Origin: an uncultured delta proteobacterium
Lineage (GTDB): Bacteria > Desulfobacterota > Desulfomonilia > Desulfomonilales > Desulfomonilaceae
DNA length: 64,000 nt
Assembly (NCBI GenBank): GCA_963789265.1
Contig: CAWBKB010000001.1
Span: 1,440,001-1,504,000, forward strand
Direction of reading: 5' to 3'
The translations under genes were made by a program, and so were the position numbers. This document shows, in pieces, positions 21,307 to 32,069 of the stretch (within the stretch, counting starts at the first letter, position 1; the number at the start of each line of letters is the position of its first letter). The notes beneath the pieces were generated by a model, which saw nothing but the letters and a program-made list of their open reading frames with translations, was not told where the DNA came from and searched no databases.

Positions 21307-21353
21307 ATGGTGCCGAGGGGCGGAATCGAACCACCGACACAAGGATTTTCAGA
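21307..21353 (-). repeat. 3' half of tRNA-Phe(GAA), att-site copy 2 (not an intact tRNA)
   Basis: Identical 47 bp to 966-1012; no tRNA 5' half follows. Confidence 0.92.
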
Positions 21354-21448
21354 CCGAATGTAAGCAGTCATAACAAACAAAATCAATCTGTTACGTCGAA
21401 CGACCGTTGCGCCCGATTCACTACAAATCACAACTTGTCACGACCGTA

Positions 21449-21877
21449 TCCCGCAAAAGTCCCGCACGCCATTCCCACCCCAAATCCCACCTGCGCGTCG
21501 TGTCTCCGCCGTGAGAGAATACCGACACACTTTTTCCGATGGATCTCAAAACCTCCTTGGGCGCACCGTTCCTGAATTTGATGTTTTTCCGTGGGGTCCT
21601 TTTGGGGACCTTTTTCACCGATGAAACACGATTTTGCAAATAAGAGGTCCCCATGAGGGTCCCCAAGAATCTGCTCGATCATGCCATCATCGGAGACCCG
21701 GCATCAATCATCCCTCGACCGTCGCTCTGCAGGGACTGCTGCCGTGTGAAGGCACGTTTCTCAAACCAGCACAAGCGGCTACGTCACGATTTCTTTGAAG
21801 AAATGAAGCATCATCGGTCACTATCAGGCACATTCGTGACGCATCACGGCGTCAAAAGCGACGCCAAAATGACGCCA
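21449..21877. repeat. Cluster of short 11-13-bp-period repeats (putative recombinase arm sites)
   Basis: TCCCRC x4 (21449-21491), TGGGGWCC x4 (21592-21665), GACGCCA x2 (21860-21877). Confidence 0.5.
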
Positions 21878-22080
21878 ACCATTGCTTGACGAATCAGCGG
21901 CATCCGGCTCGGCCATTTTTTCTGCCACGAGCAGAGCGATCCTCCTCTCCTGTTCTTGACGTCCTTCCTCATCTTTCTGACTTGTGGTTTTCCAAACTGA
22001 TATATAATGAGGACCACGGAGGCATCCTGCAACGAGCCGCCCGGCGTACGACCAAAGTCGTCTCATGAAGGAGACCTGCC

Positions 22081-25000
22081 ATGCAAGACCGGGACAAAAC
22101 CCAAGAGCAGCTCATCGATGAACTAAGAGCGATGCGCCAAAGGCTTTCCGCAATGGAGGCCACAGAAGCCCGGCTCCTCGGAACGGAAAAGGCACTGCGA
22201 GAGAGTGAGGAGCGGTTTCGACTTCTGTATGAGAACGCTCCTCTGGGTTATCAATCCTTGGACGAGAACGGCCATTTTCTTGAAGTGAACCAAGCATGGC
22301 TCGACACCCTGGGATATGACCGCGAGGAGGTCATCGGAAGGTGGTTCGGCGACTTTCTGGCTCCAGGTTATCAGGACCACTTCAAGATCAACTTCCCCAA
22401 ATTCAAAGCCGCGGGTGAGATTCACTGGGTCGAGTTTGAGATGCTCAGGAAAGACGGTTCCCAAGTCTCTGTTGCCTTTGATGGGCAGATAGGACGCGAC
22501 GAACAGGGACGTTTCAGACAAACTCACTGCATATTACATGACATTTCAGAGATCAAGCGATCAGTAGAAGCCTTAAAGGCGTCCGAATCGCGTTACAGAA
22601 GGCTCTTTGAAAATGCACAAGACGGAATTCTGATCCTCGATTTAGACACCGGTCAGATCCTGGATGTGAACCCTCATCTGATAAACATGTTGGGCTATTC
22701 TCACGAAGAGTTCCTGGACACGTTTCTTTGGGAGGTTAGTCCATTCAAGGACACCGCTCTGAACAAGGAGGCTTTTGCAAGACTGCGGCAAGGAGCCTGT
22801 GTCCGTTACGAAGACTTGCCCCTTGAAACTAGCGACGGGCAAACTATCGACGTGGAGTTTGTCAGCAACACTTATTCAGTTGATGGAATGACTTTTATCC
22901 AATGCAATATCCGTGACATCACCGAACGCAAACGGGCCGAGGAAGAGCTGCGCCAGCAAAGAGAAGAGTTACAAATTATCCTAGACTCTGTACCTGCTTT
23001 GATTTTCTACAAAGACACCAACAATAACATGGTCAATGCCAACAAAACCTGGCTTCAAACGTTTGGGTATACAGAACATGACGTTATCGGCAAATGCCTG
23101 GCTGAGTTCTTTCCAACGGAACAAGCAGCGGAATTGTTCCGGGACGATCTGGAAGTTATCACAACAGGACATCCCAAGCAGAATATTCTGGAAGTGATAG
23201 AAATTGATGGGCGACCTCGGGCGTTCGTCACGGACAAGATTCCATATCAGAACGCGAACGGGGACATTATAGGTGTCATCGGATTCTCGCAGGACATCAC
23301 CGACCGCAAACTGGCTGAAGAGGCAATTCGCACGAGCGAAGCACAATTGTCCAACGCATTGCAAATGGCTCATCTGGGCCATTGGGAATACGACGTCGCT
23401 AAAGATCTGTTTACCTTCAACGATGACTTCTACAAGATCTTTCGCACAACTGCTGAACAGGTTGGCGGATACACAATGTCGTCAGCCGACTATGCTCGAC
23501 GTTTCGTCCATCCTGACGATATATCTGTAGTCGGTAATGAAATCCGAAAATCCATTGAAGCCACCGATCCCCACTTCAGCCAACAGTTAGAACACCGCGT
23601 CCTCTACGCGGACGGAGAAATCGGCCATATCACTGTCCGAATTTTCCTGGTCAAGGACGACCTCGGACATACGATTAAGACCTATGGAGTGAATCAGGAC
23701 ATCACTGAGCGAAAACGGGTAGAACAAGCCTTGCAAGACAGTGAGCAGATGCTGAAGAGTCTCTTGGCCGCTTCTCCCGTCGGTATACTGTTTACACAAC
23801 ACAGCAAAATCAAGTGGGCAAATGACGCTTGGGTGACAATGTTCGGATTTGAAAATGAAGGAGAATATATAGATCAGCAGACGGAAATACTATATTCCTC
23901 GCAAGAAGAATACCAGCGTGTCCGTTCCATTCTTTATGGCAATCTCAAGCCTGGAAAGGTTTCTGAAACTGATGCAAGGCTGATGAGAAAAGATGGCTTC
24001 GCAATTGATGTCCATATACGGGTCAACTTCTTAGATCCCTCCGACCCTGCGAAAGGAACCATCTCGGCTCTTTCCGACGTATCAGACCGGAAACGATCAG
24101 AGGAAGAACTGCAGAAAAGTGAAGAAAGGTTGGAACTGGCACTCCAGGGAGCAGACTTGGGTTTGTGGGACTGGTATGTCCAGCAGGGGCGAGCTGTCGC
24201 GAATCAACGGTCTGCTGAGATGATCGGGTATTCACTTGACGAAATTGACCAGAGCTTTGGTTTTTGGGAAAGCCTGCTGCATCCCGACGATAAACGCCGC
24301 GCTTTGGAGAAGGTATTCAATCACCTGTCAAGCTTCACAGTCTCTTATGAAGAGGAGTACCGGGTGAGACACAAATCCGGTGCTTGGAAATGGATTCTTG
24401 CACGCGGCAAGATCACGGAACGTGATCAGGACGGAAAACCGTTGAGAATGACCGGGACCTATCTGGACATTACTGACAGGAAGTCATCCGAGATGCGTGT
24501 GGCCGAGGCCAATGAGCTAAGAGAAAAAATTCTTGCAGCGTCGCCTGTTGGCATTGAGGTATTCAAGGCAAACGGGCAATGTGTCCTCGTAAACGATGCG
24601 ATGGGGCGTGCCATCGGTGGAACGAAAGAACAGCTCTTCGCACAGAATTTCCGCCATATGGCTACCTGGGAAGCAGTCGGGCTCTTGGATGATGCCGATC
24701 AGGTTCTTTCCACGGGTGTGGATAAGCAGCGAGAGATCCATGTCGTATCGACCTTAGGAAAGGAGGTTTGGGCAGAAACTCGTTTGACCAGATTCAACTC
24801 TGGAGGTGAGCCTCATCTTCTCTTAGTCGTCAACGATGTTTCAGAGAGCCGGAAGGCCGAAGCGGCATTGCGATTCGAGAGAGAACAGCTTCTCTCTATT
24901 TTTGGGAGCATAAACGAGGTTATCCTCGTGATCGACCCGCGAACCTATGAAATCTTGTATGCGAACAAGTTCACTGAGAATTTATTCGGAACAGATATTA

Positions 25001-27162
25001 TAGGAGGGAATTGTTATGAGAAATTGAACGGCTTCGATAGTCCTTGTGAACATTGTGCCAATGACAGGCTCATGGAATTACAGGGCCAACCATATCAATG
25101 GGAATACCACAATCCAGTGCTGAAGAGAGATTTCCTTGCAACAGACAGAATGATAAGGTGGCCTGACGGGCGGGATGTGAAATTTCAACTTGCCATAGAT
25201 ATCACCGAGGCCAAGCAAGCTGACCAGGCATTGAGGGAAAGCGAGGAAAAATACCGGGCTGTTTTCGATAATGCTGGGATTGCGATCACTGTGGTTGATC
25301 GGGATAGCAGGAAGCTTACGCAGGCGAATCCTGCATTAGTGAAGATGTTGGGTTATAGCGGTGAAGAACTCCGGCAACTTACCCATCTGGACATAACTCA
25401 TCCTGAAGATAGAGAAATCACTAAACAACACGTAGACAGAGTTATGGAAGGGGCGTTGGATTCGTTCGACCTTGAGAAACGGTACATCAAGAAGGACGGG
25501 AGCATCATTTGGGGGCATCTTTCGGTATCGACCATTCGGGACGCAGAAGGAAATCCAGGGGCTGCGGTGGGCATGATAGCAGACATCGCCGAGCGCAAAA
25601 AGGCTGAAGATGCCGTCCGTAAGAGCGAGGAAATGTTAGAACTTACGTTACAAGCAGCGGATGTTGGCTTATGGGACTGGAATCTTAAGACCGGCTGGGC
25701 TGTCTGGAACGAACGTGCTACTCGGATGCTTGGACATCTACCCGGCGAGGTTCAGCCCAACCTTCGTGCATGGAAAAGCCTTGTCCACCCGGAAGATTGG
25801 CCCCACGTTTCTGAAGTTCTTAACAGCCATCTCGCGGGACGCCTTCCTCTTCTTGAGGTTGAGTATCGGCTGCGATGCAAGTCCGGGGCGTGGAAATGGA
25901 TCTTGGGCCGGGGCAAGGTTGTGGAATATGACGAGCATGGGAAGCCTTCGCGCATGATCGGGACGAATCTGGACATTACCGAACGCAAGTGTGCGGAGCT
26001 AGAAAAAGCAGATCTCAGAGAGCAGCTTATCCAGTCACAAAAGATGGAATCCATCGGCACTCTTGCTGGAGGTATTGCTCACGATTTCAATAACCTTCTT
26101 ACGGTCATCTTGGGTTTCTCGGAACTCATTATATCAGAGAAAGAAAAAGGGGATCAGGAATACGAAGACCTTACGAAGGTAATCCATGCCGCTAGAACTG
26201 CCGGGGATATGGTTCAACAAATCCTTGCCTTCAGTCGCAAGACGGAGACCAAGCTCCGACCAATCAACCTCAACAAGGAAGTTGGGCAACTAAAGAAGAT
26301 GCTCTCCAGGTTGATACCCAAAACCATTGTAGTTGAAATTAGCCTTGATTCCGGTCTTCCAACAGTGAATGCCGATCCCGCACAAATCGAGCAAATTCTG
26401 ATGAATCTGACGGTGAATTCCAGAGACTCAATGCCGAATGGCGGGCGGCTGCTCATCAAAACCCAAACAGTCATGCTGGACGAGAAGTATTGCCGCCTCC
26501 ATCTTGAAGCCTCCCAAGGACGGCATGCTCTTCTCGTTGTCACGGATACGGGTGTCGGCATTGATAGAACCACGATGGACCGTATATTCGAGCCGTTTTA
26601 TACGACCAAGAAACCGGGTCAGGGAACTGGCTTGGGGCTCGCAATGGTTTACGGGATAGTGAAAAGCCACGGTGGGCACATCATCTGTGAGAGTGAACTT
26701 GGAAGCGGGACCACTTTCAAGATATATCTTCCGGCGCACCAAGCTGAAGGAGAAGCAGACGTAACGGTTTCCAGTCAGTTTTCGGCATTAGGTGCAGGAA
26801 CAATCCTTTTGGTGGATGACGAGGAATTTGTACGAGCACTTGGACAAAGGATCTTAGAAAAGGCTGGTTACACTGTTATTACGGCGACAAATGGTCAAGA
26901 AGCTGTTGAGCTTTACAAGGATAAAGGGAACCATATTTCGCTGGTAATCCTTGACCTCATCATGCCGGTGATGGACGGCAATCAATGCATTACGGAAATC
27001 CTAAGGCTTGATCCGAGAGCAAGAGTGTTGATAGCGAGCGGATATTCTCCTGACGGAATCGTAAGAGAAACACTGGAAGGCGGAGCCAAAGGATTTGTTA
27101 GAAAGCCCTATAACGTGAAGCAACTCTTAAAAACTGTCCGGGATGCGTTGAAAGAGAAGTAA
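22081..27162 (+). CDS. Cytoplasmic multi-PAS hybrid sensor histidine kinase/response regulator
   Basis: About ten PAS/PAC repeats ending DITERK, H-box AHDFNN, N/G boxes, C-terminal receiver (VDDE, DLIMP, KP). Confidence 0.95.
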   Translation: MQDRDKTQEQLIDELRAMRQRLSAMEATEARLLGTEKALRESEERFRLLYENAPLGYQSLDENGHFLEVNQAWLDTLGYDREEVIGRWFGDFLAPGYQDHFKINFPKFKAAGEIHWVEFEMLRKDGSQVSVAFDGQIGRDEQGRFRQTHCILHDISEIKRSVEALKASESRYRRLFENAQDGILILDLDTGQILDVNPHLINMLGYSHEEFLDTFLWEVSPFKDTALNKEAFARLRQGACVRYEDLPLETSDGQTIDVEFVSNTYSVDGMTFIQCNIRDITERKRAEEELRQQREELQIILDSVPALIFYKDTNNNMVNANKTWLQTFGYTEHDVIGKCLAEFFPTEQAAELFRDDLEVITTGHPKQNILEVIEIDGRPRAFVTDKIPYQNANGDIIGVIGFSQDITDRKLAEEAIRTSEAQLSNALQMAHLGHWEYDVAKDLFTFNDDFYKIFRTTAEQVGGYTMSSADYARRFVHPDDISVVGNEIRKSIEATDPHFSQQLEHRVLYADGEIGHITVRIFLVKDDLGHTIKTYGVNQDITERKRVEQALQDSEQMLKSLLAASPVGILFTQHSKIKWANDAWVTMFGFENEGEYIDQQTEILYSSQEEYQRVRSILYGNLKPGKVSETDARLMRKDGFAIDVHIRVNFLDPSDPAKGTISALSDVSDRKRSEEELQKSEERLELALQGADLGLWDWYVQQGRAVANQRSAEMIGYSLDEIDQSFGFWESLLHPDDKRRALEKVFNHLSSFTVSYEEEYRVRHKSGAWKWILARGKITERDQDGKPLRMTGTYLDITDRKSSEMRVAEANELREKILAASPVGIEVFKANGQCVLVNDAMGRAIGGTKEQLFAQNFRHMATWEAVGLLDDADQVLSTGVDKQREIHVVSTLGKEVWAETRLTRFNSGGEPHLLLVVNDVSESRKAEAALRFEREQLLSIFGSINEVILVIDPRTYEILYANKFTENLFGTDIIGGNCYEKLNGFDSPCEHCANDRLMELQGQPYQWEYHNPVLKRDFLATDRMIRWPDGRDVKFQLAIDITEAKQADQALRESEEKYRAVFDNAGIAITVVDRDSRKLTQANPALVKMLGYSGEELRQLTHLDITHPEDREITKQHVDRVMEGALDSFDLEKRYIKKDGSIIWGHLSVSTIRDAEGNPGAAVGMIADIAERKKAEDAVRKSEEMLELTLQAADVGLWDWNLKTGWAVWNERATRMLGHLPGEVQPNLRAWKSLVHPEDWPHVSEVLNSHLAGRLPLLEVEYRLRCKSGAWKWILGRGKVVEYDEHGKPSRMIGTNLDITERKCAELEKADLREQLIQSQKMESIGTLAGGIAHDFNNLLTVILGFSELIISEKEKGDQEYEDLTKVIHAARTAGDMVQQILAFSRKTETKLRPINLNKEVGQLKKMLSRLIPKTIVVEISLDSGLPTVNADPAQIEQILMNLTVNSRDSMPNGGRLLIKTQTVMLDEKYCRLHLEASQGRHALLVVTDTGVGIDRTTMDRIFEPFYTTKKPGQGTGLGLAMVYGIVKSHGGHIICESELGSGTTFKIYLPAHQAEGEADVTVSSQFSALGAGTILLVDDEEFVRALGQRILEKAGYTVITATNGQEAVELYKDKGNHISLVILDLIMPVMDGNQCITEILRLDPRARVLIASGYSPDGIVRETLEGGAKGFVRKPYNVKQLLKTVRDALKEK

Positions 27163-27677
27163 CTACCGGCCCAGGAAGAAGTGCAGAGCAACAAAAGAAA
27201 GAAATGGTCTACGATTAGGACGTACGCCCGTTCCAAGGACTCGTCCGAACCGATTAACGGAATACAGTGTGCTTTATATCTCGAATGCCCGGCGCAATCA
27301 TGAGCCAAGGGTCGCCATTGCCAGGCATAATTAAGCCCTCCAAGAGGGATTACCGATGTCCTCATGCTGCGTTCATCCAAGAGTGAATCGGGTTTGGCTC
27401 TGCGAGGGGCCTGAGGGCTGGCAATCAAAATCGCAAAAGAATGTGACTGCTCACGAGAAAGATCCCAGGCTTGTGAACCGAATTTGTGTCTGACGTGCTG
27501 CGAAAAGCCTCTGAGACTCAAAGGCTGACCCTTCTCTACGTTTCAGAGAGGCTGAATGAGATCTTGTGAGGCGAATTTGCATCTGAGAAAGCCAAGAGAA
27601 TCTGCTCTCCAAAGTGTTGTACTGGAATAACCTGCGGCTAAGAGCATCCAGATGGGTGCGAGTGAGGAACATCGTTG

Positions 27678-28376
27678 TTATCTCCCGAATCGAACCCTCA
27701 GCCAAGTGAACCGCTTCTGTGTCTTGTCGTTCTTCACGGCAATAGCCAAAGCTTTTTTACTGCCCACGACGATCGCCAGTCTCTTTCCCCTCGTGATCGC
27801 AGTGTACAAGAGGTTTCTTTGCAGCAGGATGTAGTGCTGGGTCAGGAGAGGAATCACCACGCAAGGGTATTCGGAGCCCTGCGCCTTGTGAACCGAGACA
27901 GCATAAGCCAGGACCAACTCGTCCAGGTCTGAGTAATCATAGACCACGGATCGCCCATCGAACGTGATCGTCAGCTCCTGCATTTCAGTCTCAATCCGAA
28001 TGATTCGCCCAATGTCCCCGTTGAAGACCTCCTTGTCGTAGTTGTTCCTGATCTGCATCACCTTGTCATCGAACCGGAAGTTCCTGCCGCCCCTCGTTAC
28101 CCCGTCCTCTCTCGGATTGAGAGCCTTCTGAAGCTCGACATTGAGGTTGGTTGTTCCAACCAAGCCCCGATTCATCGGAGTCAGGATATGAACCTCGTCA
28201 ATCGGATCGAATCCGAACGCGTTTCTGATTCTACTGCCGACGAAATCCAAAATTATTCGGAGCGCTACTTCCGGCTCCGTCTTCTCGATGAAATAGAAAT
28301 CGTTCCTTCCCTCGGCATTGGGCTGAAGTCGAGGCATCAAGCCGCTGTTGATGCGACGAGCATTCACGATGATGTC
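27678..28376 (-). pseudogene. C-terminal fragment of RecD2-like helicase
   Basis: DKVMQIRNNYDKEVFNGDIG, LAYAVSVHKAQGSEY, RNLLYTAITR; Walker A region absent. Confidence 0.85.
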
Positions 28377-28910
28377 GGGGTCGCGGCCCCGGCATGCTAC
28401 CGCACGGACGGGGAAATCGGGCTATAGGGGGGTGAGTGGCGGGGCATCACACCGAACTGTTTCAACGGGTGGGGAACAATACCCCAACGGTCTCACTATC
28501 CATGAATCACGAAAATCCCCTGGTTTTGAACAAAGGTTCCGTCAATTCGGTTTGAATCTGATGCGATACTGTTTCTCGTTTCGAGGGACGATCTCAACAG
28601 GCCCGAGAGTCCATCTCCTTCCCGTAGAGCATCTAACGACATGCCTGTCCGCCGTTATCCAAATTCCTACTCGGTTAATAAAGTTTTTGGCACGACAATT
28701 GCTAGATGCCGCGTTCACGCGTGACACTCTGGCGGAGGGTCAACTCCGCCGAATTGGACGCTTAAGCCAAGACGAGGTGGGTCCATTTGGATTACATTAA
28801 GGAACGGTACACCTCAGGCTCCATCAAATAGTTCTCGAAAAGAGCCTTTTTGAAGTATCGACGTTCGACCAGAGTAAGAGACAAACACCTTCTCTCTGGG
28901 AGAGAAATCC

Positions 28911-29159
28911 ATGAGCAAACGTCACCTTGTGAAGATGCCGATGTTTTCGACAAGGGATCTTCCGGCTATAGTCCGCAAGTGGTACAAGAACTCAGGCGAG
29001 TGGGTCTCTCTCGGCGATCAACTGTGCGTTGTTGAAACGCGAAAGGCCGCTTACGACGTGGTCTCCGACGGCGAGGGCTTCTTAACCCAAATCGTTCCGG
29101 TGGGGGCTGTTGTGCGGGTGGGATACACTTTAGCCGAGTTGAGTTCACAAATGGAGTAA
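28911..29159 (+). CDS. Stand-alone lipoyl/biotinyl-domain protein
   Basis: KW....GE.V..GD.L..VET.KA...V.S...G.L..I lipoyl pattern. Confidence 0.65.
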   Translation: MSKRHLVKMPMFSTRDLPAIVRKWYKNSGEWVSLGDQLCVVETRKAAYDVVSDGEGFLTQIVPVGAVVRVGYTLAELSSQME

Positions 29160-29791
29160 ATCTCATGCTCGCCGGTTGCCAGGTGGGTGCGGGTCAGTTG
29201 ACGAAACTGATCATTTACCTTGATGATGATTCAAGGGATTCCGTAGCAATATTCTTTCCCCACAAAGATCAGATTGTCCGGGGGCTTGAAACTGCCGCCC
29301 AAGCCAGATTCAAGAACAAATGGGACTCAAGTAAGGGGAGGGAAAGAGAACGCGCAAATTGTCTCAGGCTCGTCTCCGATGGCAACCGCCGTCCTGGATC
29401 GGATTAGAGAGAGATCGTGTCTTTACCAGGAATGAGCGAAGGATTCTCGGCAGAGAAGAAGATACCCATTCTGCTCATCCTCCCGGCAGATATTCCCCAA
29501 AAAAGATCCCCATGAGTTTTGTCCGTTTTCTTTCGCAAGGCTTATTCTGCGTCTCTATTTGCGCTGACTCCACAATCCCTTTCGGAATTTATTCCCGAAC
29601 ACCCTGGTCATTTTTTTGTGGCCCTGAAAGTCTTTGCATAGACTGCGCTGCGGCTGCTTAAGGTTGATGGGGTTGGCGACAAGAGCCTTCCACCAATTCG
29701 GAGGGCATTCCTTACAAAAATGATAATTGACATTCTTCATGTTCCAGAGCAAACTTATCGACAACGATGCCATTTTAGGGAGGGAGTTGGA

Positions 29792-29998
29792 ATGAGCGGT
29801 AAAAATTATTGGGAGGCAAAGAACTGTCCCCCAGAAACCAAAGCCAAGTGTCCGGCATATCCAGACCACGGGCGAGACTGTTGGCTAGTAGCAGGAACCT
29901 TTTGCCGGGGAAAGCAACAAGGGACTCCGATGGAAAAGAGGGAGTTCTGCTTGTTTGATTGTGGGTTTCCAGAAGCAGTCGCAAGAGGTGAAGAATGA
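29792..29998 (+). CDS. Small Cys/Trp-rich (two-CW-type) protein
   Basis: NYWEAKNC...CPAY...GRDCWLVAGTFC...C..C; GGAG RBS. Confidence 0.7.
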   Translation: MSGKNYWEAKNCPPETKAKCPAYPDHGRDCWLVAGTFCRGKQQGTPMEKREFCLFDCGFPEAVARGEE

Positions 29999-30017
29999 GC
30001 CGGATGCGTCAAACGGC

Positions 30018-30311
30018 TCCCGACAATAGAGATAGAGTTCAAGGAATAGCGCTCTATAAGGGAGGCGATTCTGCCCAGGACAGCCATCACGGAACCCTCA
30101 AGTTCAGGCAACCGGCAACGGTGAGCGCAAACGTGACTCAGTAACCACCCTGAGCTGGGACACCCTAAACGGTGCATTGCCTCTCTGAGGTATCCCCGAC
30201 AGCCTTGTGAAAAAGAAGGTGTCTCCGCGAGCCTGAACCTCCCGAAAGGGAGTCGTGAGAGGTAGCGTCTCCGGCGAGAGTCGGCGGGGTTGTCGGGAGA
30301 TGCCAAATCCC
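30018..30311 (+). ncRNA. Candidate structured ncRNA of unknown family, copy A
   Basis: Highly similar to 50725-51017 with compensatory changes and GNRA tetraloops (see findings). Confidence 0.75.
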
Positions 30312-30561
30312 TCGGCCCATTTGGCGTGAATTATGTGGAACATTCAATGTGTTGTAGTCTTCTCTGCCGCTGACCGACGATGCAATCTAACCTCGTCGTC
30401 GGATTCTTTATAGCTTCTGCCCGCCGGTCGTATACCTGAAGACCAGGGTCGCAAAATGTTGATGTCCGTCCGAGCGTTTTCAACATAGGCAGGGCGCGAC
30501 GGCATTTGCACAAGCACCAATCCGTTCTGACGCGAAACGAGCCGTGGATTGCATTCGCGAA

Positions 30562-30870
30562 TCAGGCTTGTGGACTCGCTCCTTCCACAAACATAAGTCG
30601 CCTTTCCAGGGCTGCGTCGCGAAACTTCAGCGCTTCCGCGTATTCGGGAGACTCGTACCACTTGCGAATTTGCTCCATTGAGGAAAATTCTACGATAACG
30701 ACTCGGCGTGGGATTGGCTCGCCCTCGACTACTATAGCCTCTGCTGCTCGCGCAAGATAACGGCCACCGTAGGTTGCAATGGAAGCCGCTGCAAGCTGAC
30801 GATATTGGTTTGCAGCATCCTCGTTGATGATTTCGACCTCGGAGATAACGAAAGCACTCATGTGAGCCAC
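30562..30870 (-). CDS. DUF1330 family protein
   Basis: YGGRYLAR, VEG, RVVIVEF, WYESPEY. Confidence 0.85.
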   Translation of the reverse strand: MAHMSAFVISEVEIINEDAANQYRQLAAASIATYGGRYLARAAEAIVVEGEPIPRRVVIVEFSSMEQIRKWYESPEYAEALKFRDAALERRLMFVEGASPQA

Positions 30871-31098
30871 TCCTTAGAGGAAATGCAGGGCGTCAGTCCG
30901 GGAGCACACTGAGTAATCAGGCGGTCATGACGCCCAATGTTGAACTTCAACGGCTTCCGCAAGCCAGAGTGACACCGGAAAGCTCCATTTCTGGGCATTC
31001 CGGCTCATACAATGTAGGGCAGTTTACTTGCAGGAAACTCCCCGTTACCGATAGGAACAAGGCTCGTTGTAAATTGTTTAGCGTCGCATGGCACGCGT

Positions 31099-31542
31099 CT
31101 ACCATTTGCGGTACGACAGGAACTTTCCGTTGTAAGTGACGACAACCCGGTCGCCCTTTGGATCTGTCTTTTTCTGAATATCGATCTCGAAATCAATGGC
31201 ACTCATGATGCCGTCACCGAACATCTCGTGAATAATCTCCTTCATGGTCGTCCCATACACCTGGGTGATCTCGTGAAAGCGATACACGAGAGGATCAACG
31301 GGAACCGTAGCGTCAAGAGACCCCTTCATCGGACACTCCTGGAGCACCTCGGCCACTGACTTATCCAGGCCCAGAACCGCTGCTGACTTTTCAGCCAGCT
31401 CCGGGGGCATGCTGTTTTGGCCGAGCAAGGCTGAGGTCACCCAGACCGTATGGCTACCGACCTTTTCGGCAATTTGCTCCCAGGTCAATCCCTTTTCCTT
31501 CTTGGCTGCTCGGATTTTTTCGGTGGCTTCTTTCCTTGTCAT
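31099..31542 (-). CDS. cynS: Cyanase (cyanate hydratase)
   Basis: DPLVYRFHE, IHEMFGDGIMSAIDF, RVVVTYNGKFL. Confidence 0.95.
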   Translation of the reverse strand: MTRKEATEKIRAAKKEKGLTWEQIAEKVGSHTVWVTSALLGQNSMPPELAEKSAAVLGLDKSVAEVLQECPMKGSLDATVPVDPLVYRFHEITQVYGTTMKEIIHEMFGDGIMSAIDFEIDIQKKTDPKGDRVVVTYNGKFLSYRKW

Positions 31543-31584
31543 GTCGGGTCTCCCGTTTCTTAGGTGTGATGTCAGCCGAAATTA

Positions 31585-31600
31585 TGCGGCTATCTTGCCA
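31585..31600 (-). promoter_or_regulatory. Possible sigma-54 promoter of cynS
   Basis: TGGCAAGATAGCCGCA has GG-N10-GC, but the -12 element is imperfect. Confidence 0.35.
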
Positions 31601-32069
31601 TTTTGAGGTCTTCGGGACGATAACGGAGCGAGGGATGGTACCCGGAAGCCTGAAGAGGTTGCCGTATTTCCTCCCACTAGTCCCGACAGAGGTAAAACCG
31701 CCGTCACTTTGCTGAAAAAGGATCTTATATTGACGTCTAAACATAGCCTACTGCTCAGGCCACGGTCAAACTAATTTTTGCTGAACAGCCTCGATAACGA
31801 GCAAAACAAGATATCGCTCATAAGGCACCGGAGAACGATTCTCCGCGATCATCTGATTCGGGGTATGCTGACGTATTCAAAAATTCCGTCCGCGCGTCTA
31901 CCGCGTTCTGATTGCGCGAAATTGTCAAAATTCGGTGCCTGCAGTCATGACCATCTCACGTGAGATTGCGATTGACTGAGGGGGTGGGACCAGGTAAGCT
32001 CCAGGTCTCCCGATCCCAGGGGTTTCGAGCCCCATGTGGAAGGCGTAATGCTGGTCAGCGGAGTGAGTT

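Larger units (their letters stand above)
966..21353. mobile_element. tRNA-Phe-integrated genomic island (~20.3 kb) with defective integrase
   Basis: Bounded by 47-bp direct repeats; integrase C-terminal fragment abuts the right repeat; shared TGGCACA-repeat pairs lie inside both ends. Confidence 0.85.

Noticed and set aside
29806..30306. ORFs overlapping the structured repeat (and 50664-51164)
   Set aside because: Indels between the two copies break the frames while base pairing is preserved.
30018..30311. Group II intron, group I intron, RNase P, tmRNA or known riboswitch
   Set aside because: No domain V or GUGYG start, no P/Q/R/S core, and no consensus I recognise for these; needs an Rfam search to be certain.
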